Positions 33,796 to 42,503 of a DNA stretch of 64,000 nucleotides are shown piece after piece. Where the stretch lies: the NCBI GenBank assembly GCA_965228965.1, contig OZ245849.1, forward strand, positions 1,280,350-1,344,349. Reading direction: 5' to 3'. The notes beneath the pieces are model-generated. The model was given only the letters and a program-made list of their open reading frames with translations. It had not been told where the DNA came from and did not search any database. Position numbers and translations under genes: made by a program. Each line of letters opens with the position of its first letter. The stretch's first letter is position 1. Origin of the DNA: Bythopirellula sp. Lineage in GTDB: Bacteria; Planctomycetota; Planctomycetia; Pirellulales; Lacipirellulaceae.

Positions 33796-35256
33796 GTGAG
33801 TCAACAGGCAGGCGGGTATCCGAAGATCGCGCAGTTGAGAACCGTCAGCGAGCTGCGACGTCGGTTGAATGAGCTGGGCATCGCGCTGCCGATCGATGAT
33901 GAGATCTGCACCGCCGAGGCTGGCTCGCCACTTGCTTGGCCGCTCGACGTGGGCGGCTTTCACGTCGGAAATCGATGGTGCATCCATCCGATGGAGGGCT
34001 GGGACGCCAACGCCGATGGCAGCCCCAGCGCGCTCACGCTGCGGCGTTGGCGGCGGTTTGGGCTCAGCGGCGCCAAGCTAATCTGGGGTGGGGAAGCGGC
34101 CGCGGTGCAACCCGACGGGCGGGCCAACCCGAATCAAACCCTGGCGACTGCCGAGAATCGCGACGGGCTGGCGGCGCTGCTGGCCGAGTTGCGAGCTGGA
34201 CACTTGGAGCAATGCGGCTCACTGGACGGCCTGCTAGTTGGGCTGCAGCTCACGCATTCGGGGCGGTTCTGCAAACCGCGCGATCACAGACAGTTCGCGC
34301 CGCGGATTGCGTATCATCATCCGCTGCTGGACGAGAAGTTCGGCATCGATCCCAACGATGACTCAGTCGTTTGGACGGACGACGACCTGGAAAAGCTCAT
34401 CGACAATTACGTTGAGGCGGCCAAACAAGCCCACGAAATCGGCTTTCAGTTCGTCGACATCAAAGCCTGTCATGGCTACCTGCTGCACGAGTTCCTCAGC
34501 GCCCGTCGTCGCCCGGGGAAGTTTGGAGGAGACTTACGAGGACGAAGTCGGTTGTTGCGCGAGATCATTCGCCGTGTTCGCGCTGATGTTCCCGGGTTGC
34601 AAATTGGAGTGCGGCTCAGCGTGTTCGACATCGTGCCGTATCAAACGAGTCGTGAACCGGGCCAGCCGATGGACTTTGCTGGGCAGCTGCCGTACGAGTT
34701 GGGTTTCGGCGTCGATCGCGATGATCCATTGAAGTACGACCTCGACGAACCACTCGCGTTGATTCGCATGTTGGTCGACAGCGGAGTCACGCTGCTGAAC
34801 ATCAGCTGCGGTAGCCCTTACTACAATCCTCACATTCAACGTCCGGCGATTTTCCCACCGAGCGACGGCTATCTGCCGCCCGAGGACCCGCTCGTGGGCG
34901 TATGGCGGCAGCTGGACGTGGTGCGTCAGTGCAAGGCCGCCAGCGCCAAGATACCGCTGGTTGGCAGTGGCTATTCGTACCTGCAGGATTATCTGCCGCA
35001 TGTCGCGCAGGCGGCGGTTCGGGAGGGGTGGGTCGACTTCGTGGGACTGGGGCGGATGGTGCTGAGCTATCCGGAGCTGCCGCACGATGTGCTGACGCAG
35101 GGCCGACTGGAGCGCAAGCTGGTCTGTCGCACGTTCAGCGACTGCACGACGGCTCCGCGGCATGGCATCGTTTCAGGCTGCTATCCGCTCGATGCGCACT
35201 ACAAACAGCTGCCTGAGCGAACTGAGCTGGTGCAGATAAAGCAGCAACTTGGTTAG
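33796..35256 (+). CDS. NADH:flavin oxidoreductase, Old Yellow Enzyme-like TIM barrel
   Basis: 486-aa ORF with a GTG start. Contains FVDIKACHGYLLHEFLSARRRPGKFGGDLRGRSRLLREII. Confidence 0.75.
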   Translation: MSQQAGGYPKIAQLRTVSELRRRLNELGIALPIDDEICTAEAGSPLAWPLDVGGFHVGNRWCIHPMEGWDANADGSPSALTLRRWRRFGLSGAKLIWGGEAAAVQPDGRANPNQTLATAENRDGLAALLAELRAGHLEQCGSLDGLLVGLQLTHSGRFCKPRDHRQFAPRIAYHHPLLDEKFGIDPNDDSVVWTDDDLEKLIDNYVEAAKQAHEIGFQFVDIKACHGYLLHEFLSARRRPGKFGGDLRGRSRLLREIIRRVRADVPGLQIGVRLSVFDIVPYQTSREPGQPMDFAGQLPYELGFGVDRDDPLKYDLDEPLALIRMLVDSGVTLLNISCGSPYYNPHIQRPAIFPPSDGYLPPEDPLVGVWRQLDVVRQCKAASAKIPLVGSGYSYLQDYLPHVAQAAVREGWVDFVGLGRMVLSYPELPHDVLTQGRLERKLVCRTFSDCTTAPRHGIVSGCYPLDAHYKQLPERTELVQIKQQLG

Positions 35257-35774
35257 GTGGCTTCGGGTGCCGTCGTAGCGGCTTTCGCCCGCCACGTCAT
35301 GATACCAATCACCAGCATCGCGATCGCCCCCAAGAGATATTCGAGCTGGTGCGCGACCGCCACGGCCACCAGATTGCGGTCGGACTCGAACGTGGGGCGA
35401 CGTTCCTCGACCGGAATCGTGTTTGCCACCGAGATGACACCAAAAACAACCGCAATCATCAGTACCCACAGCACCACGCAGGCGACGAGCGCCCACTTGA
35501 GGATTCGCCGCGGCAGTAAGGGATGCTCTCGCCGGTGATTGATCGTCGCCACCACGACGCCCGCGATCGCGCCAAACCACCAAGACGCGCCGATTCCCCA
35601 GACCAGCGCCAGCACCCACGGGTTCTCGCTCTCCACGACCTTCGGATGATGATCCGGCAAGAAATACGCGACGGCCACGTTTGCGGTGACCATGTCCATA
35701 CATATCCCAAGCACACAGGCAAGCAACGTCGTGCCAAGGACAATGGTCAGGAAGCGGCGGGATGTTGGGGCCAT
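35253..35774 (-). CDS. Hypothetical integral membrane protein (about 4 TM segments)
   Basis: 173-aa ORF with four hydrophobic stretches. Its stop overlaps the stop of the convergent 33796..35256 gene (TTAG). Confidence 0.55.
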   Translation of the reverse strand: MAPTSRRFLTIVLGTTLLACVLGICMDMVTANVAVAYFLPDHHPKVVESENPWVLALVWGIGASWWFGAIAGVVVATINHRREHPLLPRRILKWALVACVVLWVLMIAVVFGVISVANTIPVEERRPTFESDRNLVAVAVAHQLEYLLGAIAMLVIGIMTWRAKAATTAPEAT

Positions 35775-35815
35775 TGCTTACATGCCGTATCTTCTAGTTG
35801 TTGTGTCTTGCCGGA

Positions 35816-36604
35816 TCAGATGTCGTAAGTCTGGCGAGTTCGGAATCGTGGCTTGTTTCGGGCTATTACTAGTCCCACATCATCCCATAGGTCCCCTGAC
35901 GGCAATCGAACCAGATCCACGCATTTGCGAGTGATTTCGTAGAAGTCGGAATTTGAAATCAGACGAATAACCTCATCGGTCTTGGCATAGTTGTAAAACC
36001 CATCACTGCCCATGACAAGGATTCCCTTCAGTGGCGGATTGGTAAACCCAACAGGATCGGACAGCCCTGAACCCAGCAATGGTTTTCGGATTTGATTCTG
36101 GGTCAAATCAGTGATTGCGCCATCACTCACGATCCATGCCTGGCTGTCGCCGACGCTGGCACCGGCAATTCCATAAGGTCGAACGTCGAGCACCACAACG
36201 GTTGATTCTCCGACTGTTAGTCGATGATCAATCTGTTGGAGAAGGTCCACCCATGCATCGGCCGAGTTGACCGATTCGTAGTTGGACTCGATCTCATGAA
36301 CCACCTGCTGAGCCGCCAAGTCTCCCGACCCAATCCCACCGGCTCCATCTGCAACCGCGAGTAGCGTCCGCTCATGGCCGTGAGCGACTAACGCACAATC
36401 TTGGCAGATCTCGCGATACGCCTGGGTAATAGAGATTGCTTCAATCAACGCCATGCGCAACCCCGTGCTTCGAGATAATGTCGCTGGCTCTGGGGGCCAT
36501 GCGTGCATTATACGCAATTCATCACGATATGTGTTTGGGCACCAGCGCGTAGGGTCCGCTGTACAGCCCAAGAAATGGACGCGACGTCCGGCATCGGTCC
36601 GCAC
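35816..36604 (-). CDS. PP2C-family Ser/Thr phosphatase
   Basis: Contains LLAVADGAGGIGSGDLAA and GILVMGSDGFYN. The listed start at 36604 is probably too far upstream; an ATG at 36454 (MALIEAISITQ) is more plausible. Confidence 0.65.
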   Translation of the reverse strand: MRTDAGRRVHFLGCTADPTRWCPNTYRDELRIMHAWPPEPATLSRSTGLRMALIEAISITQAYREICQDCALVAHGHERTLLAVADGAGGIGSGDLAAQQVVHEIESNYESVNSADAWVDLLQQIDHRLTVGESTVVVLDVRPYGIAGASVGDSQAWIVSDGAITDLTQNQIRKPLLGSGLSDPVGFTNPPLKGILVMGSDGFYNYAKTDEVIRLISNSDFYEITRKCVDLVRLPSGDLWDDVGLVIARNKPRFRTRQTYDI

Positions 36605-36637
36605 AGCAGCCCTTACTTGGCGGCGATAAAATGTGAG

Positions 36638-37090
36638 TCAATCCCACACATGTTGCTCGTCGAAATCAATTCCGTACTGCACCAGCATCGCTCGGTACTC
36701 GTCTTGGAATGTTCGCGATTGATGATGTCCCTCCTGGTTCCTCACGTAGGCTTCCGCTTCGTCGCGGTCTTTCGGGCTAACTGAGAACATGCCATAGCCG
36801 CGCTGCCAGTAGAACTTTTCGTAGTCCGTGCCAAGTGTCTTGATGAACTTTGACGATTCTCGCTTTACTTGCTCGACGACTTCAACCGGTGCGATCTTCT
36901 TGCCAATATCAAACAAGATGTGCACGTGATCGGAAACACCACCAACCATACACCAAGGGGAATCGAGATTGCGGATGAGGGTGGCTAGGTAAGCGTGCAC
37001 TCGGGGACGGATCGCTTCATTCAGGATTGGTTGGCGATTCTTGGTGCTGAAGACAAGGTGCGCATAGATCTTCGTGAGCGATTGAGGCAT
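36638..37090 (-). CDS. IS200-like Y1 transposase-family protein (Transposase_17-like)
   Basis: Contains MPQSLTKIYAHLVFSTKNRQPIL, HUH motif SDHVHILFD and YWQRGYGMFSVS. The listed ORF (to 37147) has a 19-aa extension; ATG at 37090 fits the family N-terminus. Confidence 0.75.
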   Translation of the reverse strand: MPQSLTKIYAHLVFSTKNRQPILNEAIRPRVHAYLATLIRNLDSPWCMVGGVSDHVHILFDIGKKIAPVEVVEQVKRESSKFIKTLGTDYEKFYWQRGYGMFSVSPKDRDEAEAYVRNQEGHHQSRTFQDEYRAMLVQYGIDFDEQHVWD

Positions 37091-37166
37091 GGCGATTCTG
37101 GGGCAATCGGTGGCTTGCGAATGAACATGAGTTTGGCTTTCAGCCAAAAGGGCACCGCGGCATTGT

Positions 37167-37324
37167 AACCTGGGGTGGCGCTGCGCTTACCCCAGGCTAC
37201 GTTGGAGAGAGGCCTTCGGCCAATAGAACTTCAAACCTGCACAAATCACCGGCAAACCAACTGATCAAACAGCAGGTATTTGGCCAACGGCCTTGATCAC
37301 CGTAGCCTATGGCAACGCCATAGG
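37167..37324. repeat. Cluster of short GC-rich hairpins next to the IS200-like gene
   Basis: GTAACCTGGGGT..ACCCCAGGCTAC (37165-37200; 12-bp stem with 1 mismatch), GGCCTTCGGCC (37211-37221), GGCCAACGGCC (37282-37292) and CCTATGGCAACGCCATAGG (37306-37324). Confidence 0.5.
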
Positions 37325-37410
37325 TACATCAATGTCATTAGATGCTTTGGCTGAAGGCCATAATCAATCAAGCCTCAGCGCTCGACCGGCCTAACCGAAT
37401 ACTTGCCCCC

Positions 37411-38415
37411 TCACACATCCTTATCATCAATCCAAGACATCAACTTCCGCAATTCCTTGCCGACGACTTCGACTGGGTGGTTGCGTTCGATGCGGCGGCG
37501 GGCTTTGAAGGCGGGGGCGCCGGCCTTGTTTTCGAGGATCCAGTTGCGGGCGAAGGTGCCGTCTTGGATTTCGGTGAGAATCTTCTTCATCTCGGCCTTG
37601 GTCTCCTCGGTCACGACGCGCGGACCGCTGCTGTAATCGCCATACTCGGCGGTGTTGGAGACGCTGTAACGCATGTAGTTCAGGCCGCCCTGGTAGAACA
37701 AATCGACGATCAGCTTCAGCTCGTGCATGCACTCGAAATAGGCCATTTCCGGCTGATATCCGGCTTCGACCAAGGTTTCGAATCCGGCCTTCACCAGTTC
37801 CGCCGCACCACCGCACAAGACGGCCTGCTCGCCGAACAGGTCGGTCTCAGTCTCTTCGGCGAATGTGGTGCGAATCACCCCACCACGGGTGCAGCCGATA
37901 CCCTTGGCGTAAGCCAGCCCAATCTTGAATGTCTCGTCGCTGGCGTCGTCGCTCAGCGCGATCAGGCCAGGGACTCCGCCGCCGGACACAAATTCGCTAC
38001 GCACCAGGTGGCCTGGCCCCTTGGGCGCCACCAGCAGCAAGTCCACGCCTTTGGGAGCCTCGACTTGGCCGAAGTGCACGTTGAAGCCGTGCGAACACAT
38101 CAGCACATTGCCGGGCTCCAGGTTGTCGCGGACGTGGTCGCGATAGACGTCTGCCTGCACTTCGTCGGGCAACAGGATATTGAGGATGTCGGCCTGCTTG
38201 GCTGCTTCGGCAGCGGAGACTGGCTCGAAGCCATGACTGACGGCCAGTTCGTAGTTGGGGCCGCCGGGGCGCTGACCGACGATGACTTTGACGCCGCTTT
38301 CCTTCAGGTTCTGCGCGTGGGCGTGGCCCTGCGAGCCGTAGCCGAGGATTCCGACGGTCTTCCCCTCGAGGGCTTTCAGGTCGGCGTCTTTGTCGTAGTA
38401 GATGGTGGCTGCCAT
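37411..38415 (-). CDS. ilvC: Ketol-acid reductoisomerase
   Basis: 334-aa ORF. Contains [41 protein letters not shown] and class-I KARI length. Confidence 0.95.
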   Translation of the reverse strand: MAATIYYDKDADLKALEGKTVGILGYGSQGHAHAQNLKESGVKVIVGQRPGGPNYELAVSHGFEPVSAAEAAKQADILNILLPDEVQADVYRDHVRDNLEPGNVLMCSHGFNVHFGQVEAPKGVDLLLVAPKGPGHLVRSEFVSGGGVPGLIALSDDASDETFKIGLAYAKGIGCTRGGVIRTTFAEETETDLFGEQAVLCGGAAELVKAGFETLVEAGYQPEMAYFECMHELKLIVDLFYQGGLNYMRYSVSNTAEYGDYSSGPRVVTEETKAEMKKILTEIQDGTFARNWILENKAGAPAFKARRRIERNHPVEVVGKELRKLMSWIDDKDV

Positions 38416-38491
38416 GGTGGGGACTCCGTATTGTTTGGATGTGCTGGCCTCTCGGGGAGGCGCGTTGATTCGTGTTGTGACTGGAATCTAT

Positions 38492-38562
38492 GCCGTCGGC
38501 GCTAGCCGCGGGTATCGCTCTGCTAGCTGGTGCCTCAATCACCCGCGGCTAGCGCCGACGGC
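38492..38562. repeat. Perfect 22-bp inverted repeat in the ilvN-ilvC spacer
   Basis: GCCGTCGGCGCTAGCCGCGGGT (38492-38513) pairs with ACCCGCGGCTAGCGCCGACGGC (38541-38562), with a 27-nt loop. Confidence 0.8.
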
Positions 38563-38580
38563 TCAGGGTGATTCCTGCTG

Positions 38581-39114
38581 CTACTTCTGAGCGATCGATT
38601 CCTGGGTGATGGACGTGATCGACGAGGGTTCATCGGTTGGTTGCACACTGCGGACCATCGCGATGCGGCCGGTGCGTACGAGTTCAACGATGCCGAAGGG
38701 ACGCATCAGGTCGATGAATGCTTCGATCTTTTTCTCTTGCCCCGAGATTTCGACGACTACTTGATCGGGCGAAACATCGACGACGCGACCACGGAAGATC
38801 TGGCAAAGTTCACGGATCTCCGAGCGGCGACCGTTGCAGTTGACTTTGATCAGCATTAAGTCGCGTTCGACAAATTGCTTGGCGCTGACGTCGTCCACTC
38901 GGACGACGGTGACGATTTTCTCCAGTTGCTTGCGAACTTGGTCGAGCACCGCGTCGTCGCCAACGACCACGAACGTCATCCGCGACAGATTCGGGTCTTC
39001 GGTCTCACCGACGGCGAGGCTATCGATGTTGTATCCGCGTGAGGCGAACATGCCGGCGACATGGGCCAGCACACCCGGCACGTTCTGCACGAGGGCAGAA
39101 AGAACGTGACGCAT
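38581..39114 (-). CDS. ilvN: Acetolactate synthase small (regulatory) subunit
   Basis: 177-aa ORF. Contains MRHVLSALVQNVPGVLAHVAGMFASRGYNIDSLAVGETEDPNLSRMT (ACT domain). Confidence 0.9.
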   Translation of the reverse strand: MRHVLSALVQNVPGVLAHVAGMFASRGYNIDSLAVGETEDPNLSRMTFVVVGDDAVLDQVRKQLEKIVTVVRVDDVSAKQFVERDLMLIKVNCNGRRSEIRELCQIFRGRVVDVSPDQVVVEISGQEKKIEAFIDLMRPFGIVELVRTGRIAMVRSVQPTDEPSSITSITQESIAQK

Positions 39115-39338
39115 AGTAGACGACTCCCGATGAGCATAAATCGGTGGAAAGTAAGCTAGTGATCATAATCCGAGGTTTGCCGGGCCACAACCGGGCGGGA
39201 AATCGGTCATTGGCTCATTCTGCTGCCACAGCGAGGGATTCCCCGCAGTCCCGGTGGCCCCTGCTTGCCCCTAGGTCGGGCCGTTGCTAGGCTGAACGGT
39301 TTTGCCCCTCCCTCCGGACGACAGCAGGGTCTACGCGA

Positions 39339-42206
39339 ATGTCTCAGGCTGCTGTTCCTCGACCACCTGACAGCGAAGTCGCCTCAAGAAACGGCTCCGC
39401 CGCGTCAGCGATTCGCATTCGCGGGGCACGCACGCACAACCTGCAAAACGTCGACCTGCAGATCCCGCAGAATCAGCTGGTGGTGATCACAGGACTCAGC
39501 GGCTCGGGAAAAAGTTCGCTCGCCTTCGACACGCTGCTGGCCGAGGGCCAGCGGCAGTACATCGAGAGCCTGTCGGTCTACTCACGGCAGTTTTTCAATC
39601 AGCTCCAGCGTCCCGACGTCGACACGATCGAAGGCCTGCAGCCGACGATCGCCATCGACCAAAACCCAACTACCAACAACCCCCGCAGCACCGTCGCGAC
39701 GGTCACGGAGATTTACGACTTCCTGCGTGTGCTGATGGCACGTGTCGGCGAAGTGGCCTGCCCCGATTGCGGCACGGCCATCGCGCAGCAAACGCCCAGC
39801 GAGATTCAGTCGGCGATCGAGCAATTTGACCTCGGCACAAAGGTGATGATCCTGGCCCCGATCGTGCGCGGACGCAAAGGCAAGCATCAAGAGGTGATGG
39901 AGCGCATCCGTAGCGAAGGCTTCGTCCGCGTGCGGATTGACGGCGAGGCGTACGAGCTAGAGCACGCGCCCGAGCTGAAGGCGCGCCAGCTGCATGATAT
40001 CGACGCGGTTGTCGATCGCGTGGTGATTCGCGAGGGTTTGGAGAATCGTCTGGCCGAGTCGGTTCGGCTGGCGCTGAAGCACGGCGAAGGCGCACTGCGG
40101 ATCAGCTATCTCACGCCGGAGGCGAAAGCAGCCAACGGTAAAGGGGCCGGGTGGGAGGAACGCGTCTTCAGCACGCAGTACGCCTGCCCCGACTGCAAGC
40201 GGAGCATTGCGGAAGTCGAGCCCCGCACGTTCAGCTTCAACAGTCCGTACGGAGCTTGTCGGAGCTGCGAGGGGCTGGCGGCGCGCGAAGGATTTGATCC
40301 GGAACTGGTGTTGCCAGACTTGAGCTTGTCGCTGGGGGAGGGGGCCGTCGCACCCTGGCGAGGTGCGACGACCGCGGCGCGTAGCAAGCAGAAGAAGCTG
40401 CTTGCTGACTTCTTGGCCAAGGCGAAGGTCGACTGGGACACGCCGCTGGAAGCCTGGCCCGACTCGACACGAACGCAGTTGCTCGCGGGTGACGGCGGCA
40501 AATTTCTCGGTTTGCTCGCGCATCTGGAGATGGACTATGCCAAGGCCAAACGCGACACGGTGCGGCAGCGGTTGGAGGAGTTTCGGTCGCACGTGCCGTG
40601 CGCCGATTGCCGCGGTTCGCGTTTGCAGCCCGAGGCACGCGCTTGCCGATTGGCGGGCAAGGCGATCCACGAAATCACCGCCTTGCCGATCGACGAGTCG
40701 CATGAGTTCTTTGCCGGTTTGGAGTTCGACCCGACCGAGCAGGCGATTGCCGAGCCGCTGGTCGCCGAGATTCTCAAGCGATTGGAGTTTTTGCGACAAG
40801 TGGGTGTCGATTATCTGACGCTCGATCGTGCCGCCGATTCGCTCAGTGGTGGCGAGATGCAACGCGTACGACTAGCAACCGGCATCGGCTCAGGGCTGGT
40901 CGGGGTGCTGTACATTCTCGATGAACCATCAATCGGCCTGCACCCGCGCGACAACGCGCGGCTGATCGAGTCGCTGCGTGATTTGCAGCAACAGGGCAAT
41001 ACGGTGTTGGTGGTCGAGCACGACGAAGCCGTGATGCGAGAGGCCGATTGGCTGATCGACATCGGTCCCGGCGCAGGCACGCGCGGGGGAAAGATCGTGG
41101 CCGAAGGGACACCTGACGAAGTCGCGGCCAACTCCGCTTCGTTGACCGGCGACTACCTGTCGCGCCGGCAGCTGATTGAAGTACCTCCCAAGCGTCGTCG
41201 CGTGGCGAAGAGTCGTATGTTGCAGCTGGAAGGCGCGACACTCAACAATCTGCAGAACGTCGACGTCGATTTCCCGCTTGGCACGCTCACGTGCGTCACC
41301 GGGGTGAGCGGATCAGGCAAGAGTTCGCTGGTGATCGACACACTCGCACGGGCGCTGGCGCGTAAGCTCAATGGTGCCATCGCGCGTCCGGGACCCTATC
41401 AGGCGCTGCGGGGCACCGCCAAGCTCGACCGCCTGATTCATGTCGATCAATCGCCGATTGGCCGCACGCCACGCTCCAATCCCGCGACCTACACCGGCAT
41501 CTTCGACGAGATTCGCCGGGTGTTCACCGGTACCAAGCATGCCAAGCAGCTCGGCTACAAATTGGGCCGCTTTAGCTTCAACACCAAAGGCGGCCGGTGC
41601 GAAGAGTGCCAAGGGCAAGGCGTACAGCGGATCGAGATGCGCTTCCTGCCCGACCTGTTTGTGAGCTGCTCGGTCTGCCAGGGCCGACAGTTCAATCGGC
41701 AGACTCTCGCCGTGCGTTATCGCGACAAGTCGATCGCCGACGTGCTGGCGATGGGCATCGACGAAGCCGCTGAGTTTTTCGAGAATCACACGACAATCCA
41801 CAAAATGCTGACCAGTCTGGTCGATGTCGGACTGGGCTACCTGACGGTCGGACAGCGCTCGACGACGCTTTCAGGCGGTGAAGCGCAGCGTATCAAACTG
41901 GCCGCTGAACTCGGGCGACCGGCACCTGGGAGGACCCTTTACATTCTCGACGAACCCACCACCGGCCTGCACACCGACGACATCCGTCGTTTGCTGGGGG
42001 TGTTGCAACAGCTGGTCGAACTCGGTCATACGGTCTTGGTAATCGAACACAACCTCGACGTGATTAAGACCGCCGACTGGGTGATCGATCTGGGACCCGA
42101 AGGCGGCGCTGGCGGCGGACAAATTCTCGCTGCCGGCACCCCCGAAGAGATTGCCCAGTGCGAAGAAAGCCACACCGGCCAGTGGCTGCAAAGCGTCCTC
42201 GGTTAG
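39339..42206 (+). CDS. uvrA: Excinuclease ABC subunit A
   Basis: 955-aa ORF. Contains two ABC modules (GLSGSGKSSLAFDTL, GVSGSGKSSLVIDTL), LSGGEMQR / LSGGEAQR signatures and Zn-finger Cys pairs. Confidence 0.95.
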   Translation: MSQAAVPRPPDSEVASRNGSAASAIRIRGARTHNLQNVDLQIPQNQLVVITGLSGSGKSSLAFDTLLAEGQRQYIESLSVYSRQFFNQLQRPDVDTIEGLQPTIAIDQNPTTNNPRSTVATVTEIYDFLRVLMARVGEVACPDCGTAIAQQTPSEIQSAIEQFDLGTKVMILAPIVRGRKGKHQEVMERIRSEGFVRVRIDGEAYELEHAPELKARQLHDIDAVVDRVVIREGLENRLAESVRLALKHGEGALRISYLTPEAKAANGKGAGWEERVFSTQYACPDCKRSIAEVEPRTFSFNSPYGACRSCEGLAAREGFDPELVLPDLSLSLGEGAVAPWRGATTAARSKQKKLLADFLAKAKVDWDTPLEAWPDSTRTQLLAGDGGKFLGLLAHLEMDYAKAKRDTVRQRLEEFRSHVPCADCRGSRLQPEARACRLAGKAIHEITALPIDESHEFFAGLEFDPTEQAIAEPLVAEILKRLEFLRQVGVDYLTLDRAADSLSGGEMQRVRLATGIGSGLVGVLYILDEPSIGLHPRDNARLIESLRDLQQQGNTVLVVEHDEAVMREADWLIDIGPGAGTRGGKIVAEGTPDEVAANSASLTGDYLSRRQLIEVPPKRRRVAKSRMLQLEGATLNNLQNVDVDFPLGTLTCVTGVSGSGKSSLVIDTLARALARKLNGAIARPGPYQALRGTAKLDRLIHVDQSPIGRTPRSNPATYTGIFDEIRRVFTGTKHAKQLGYKLGRFSFNTKGGRCEECQGQGVQRIEMRFLPDLFVSCSVCQGRQFNRQTLAVRYRDKSIADVLAMGIDEAAEFFENHTTIHKMLTSLVDVGLGYLTVGQRSTTLSGGEAQRIKLAAELGRPAPGRTLYILDEPTTGLHTDDIRRLLGVLQQLVELGHTVLVIEHNLDVIKTADWVIDLGPEGGAGGGQILAAGTPEEIAQCEESHTGQWLQSVLG

Positions 42207-42234
42207 CTGTGGCATCGAGATTCTATTTCTGCAG

Positions 42235-42274
42235 ACTCCTCGATTGGGGTACAATTGAGGAGTTACTCCTCAAC
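42235..42274. promoter_or_regulatory. Operator-like or terminator-like palindrome with a third direct half-site
   Basis: ACTCCTCGATTG (42235-42246) and CAATTGAGGAGT (42252-42263) form 12-bp arms with 1 mismatch and a 5-nt loop. ACTCCTCAA follows at 42265-42273. It starts 29 nt after the uvrA stop and about 240 nt before the P450 start. There is no U-tract. Confidence 0.35.
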
Positions 42275-42292
42275 TTCCAGGTGACTCACTGA

Positions 42293-42500
42293 TGGGCTGC
42301 GTTGAACTTCCACATTGCGGCCGGCTCCGTGCAGATGGATACCGAGCAGTTGACGGTCGCCTCCTATCAGGCGGGAGCGCGCGAGTTCTGGCTGATCAAT
42401 GCCGACACCGTGCAAAGACGTTATCGTTCGAAGTCGCCACAAACGCGGGCACTAGTCCTACCAGTTGAACTCCAGGCAACCCGAGTCGCGGTAACACTTT
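42293..42500 (+). pseudogene. Possible C-terminal remnant of an Uma2-family (DUF820) endonuclease gene
   Basis: The frame of listed ORF 42302..42676 reads ..VASYQAGAREFWLINADTVQRRYR...LPVELQATRVAVTLFNA. This resembles the Uma2 C-terminus (Y-A-x-A-G-[VI]-x-E-Y-W-L-[IV]-[DN] ... L-F). The frame is closed upstream by a stop at 42290-42292, so the catalytic N-terminal part is absent. Confidence 0.3.
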
Positions 42501-42503
42501 TCA

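Noticed and set aside
37342-38505. 387-aa plus-strand ORF and several other ORFs overlapping ilvC
   Set aside because: Antisense to a near-perfect ketol-acid reductoisomerase. The translation is Gly/Ala/Val/Asp-rich with no motifs.
39582-42254. Minus-strand ORFs of 100-300 aa (e.g. 39957..40862) inside uvrA
   Set aside because: Arg/Pro/Ala-rich antisense shadows of a textbook UvrA.
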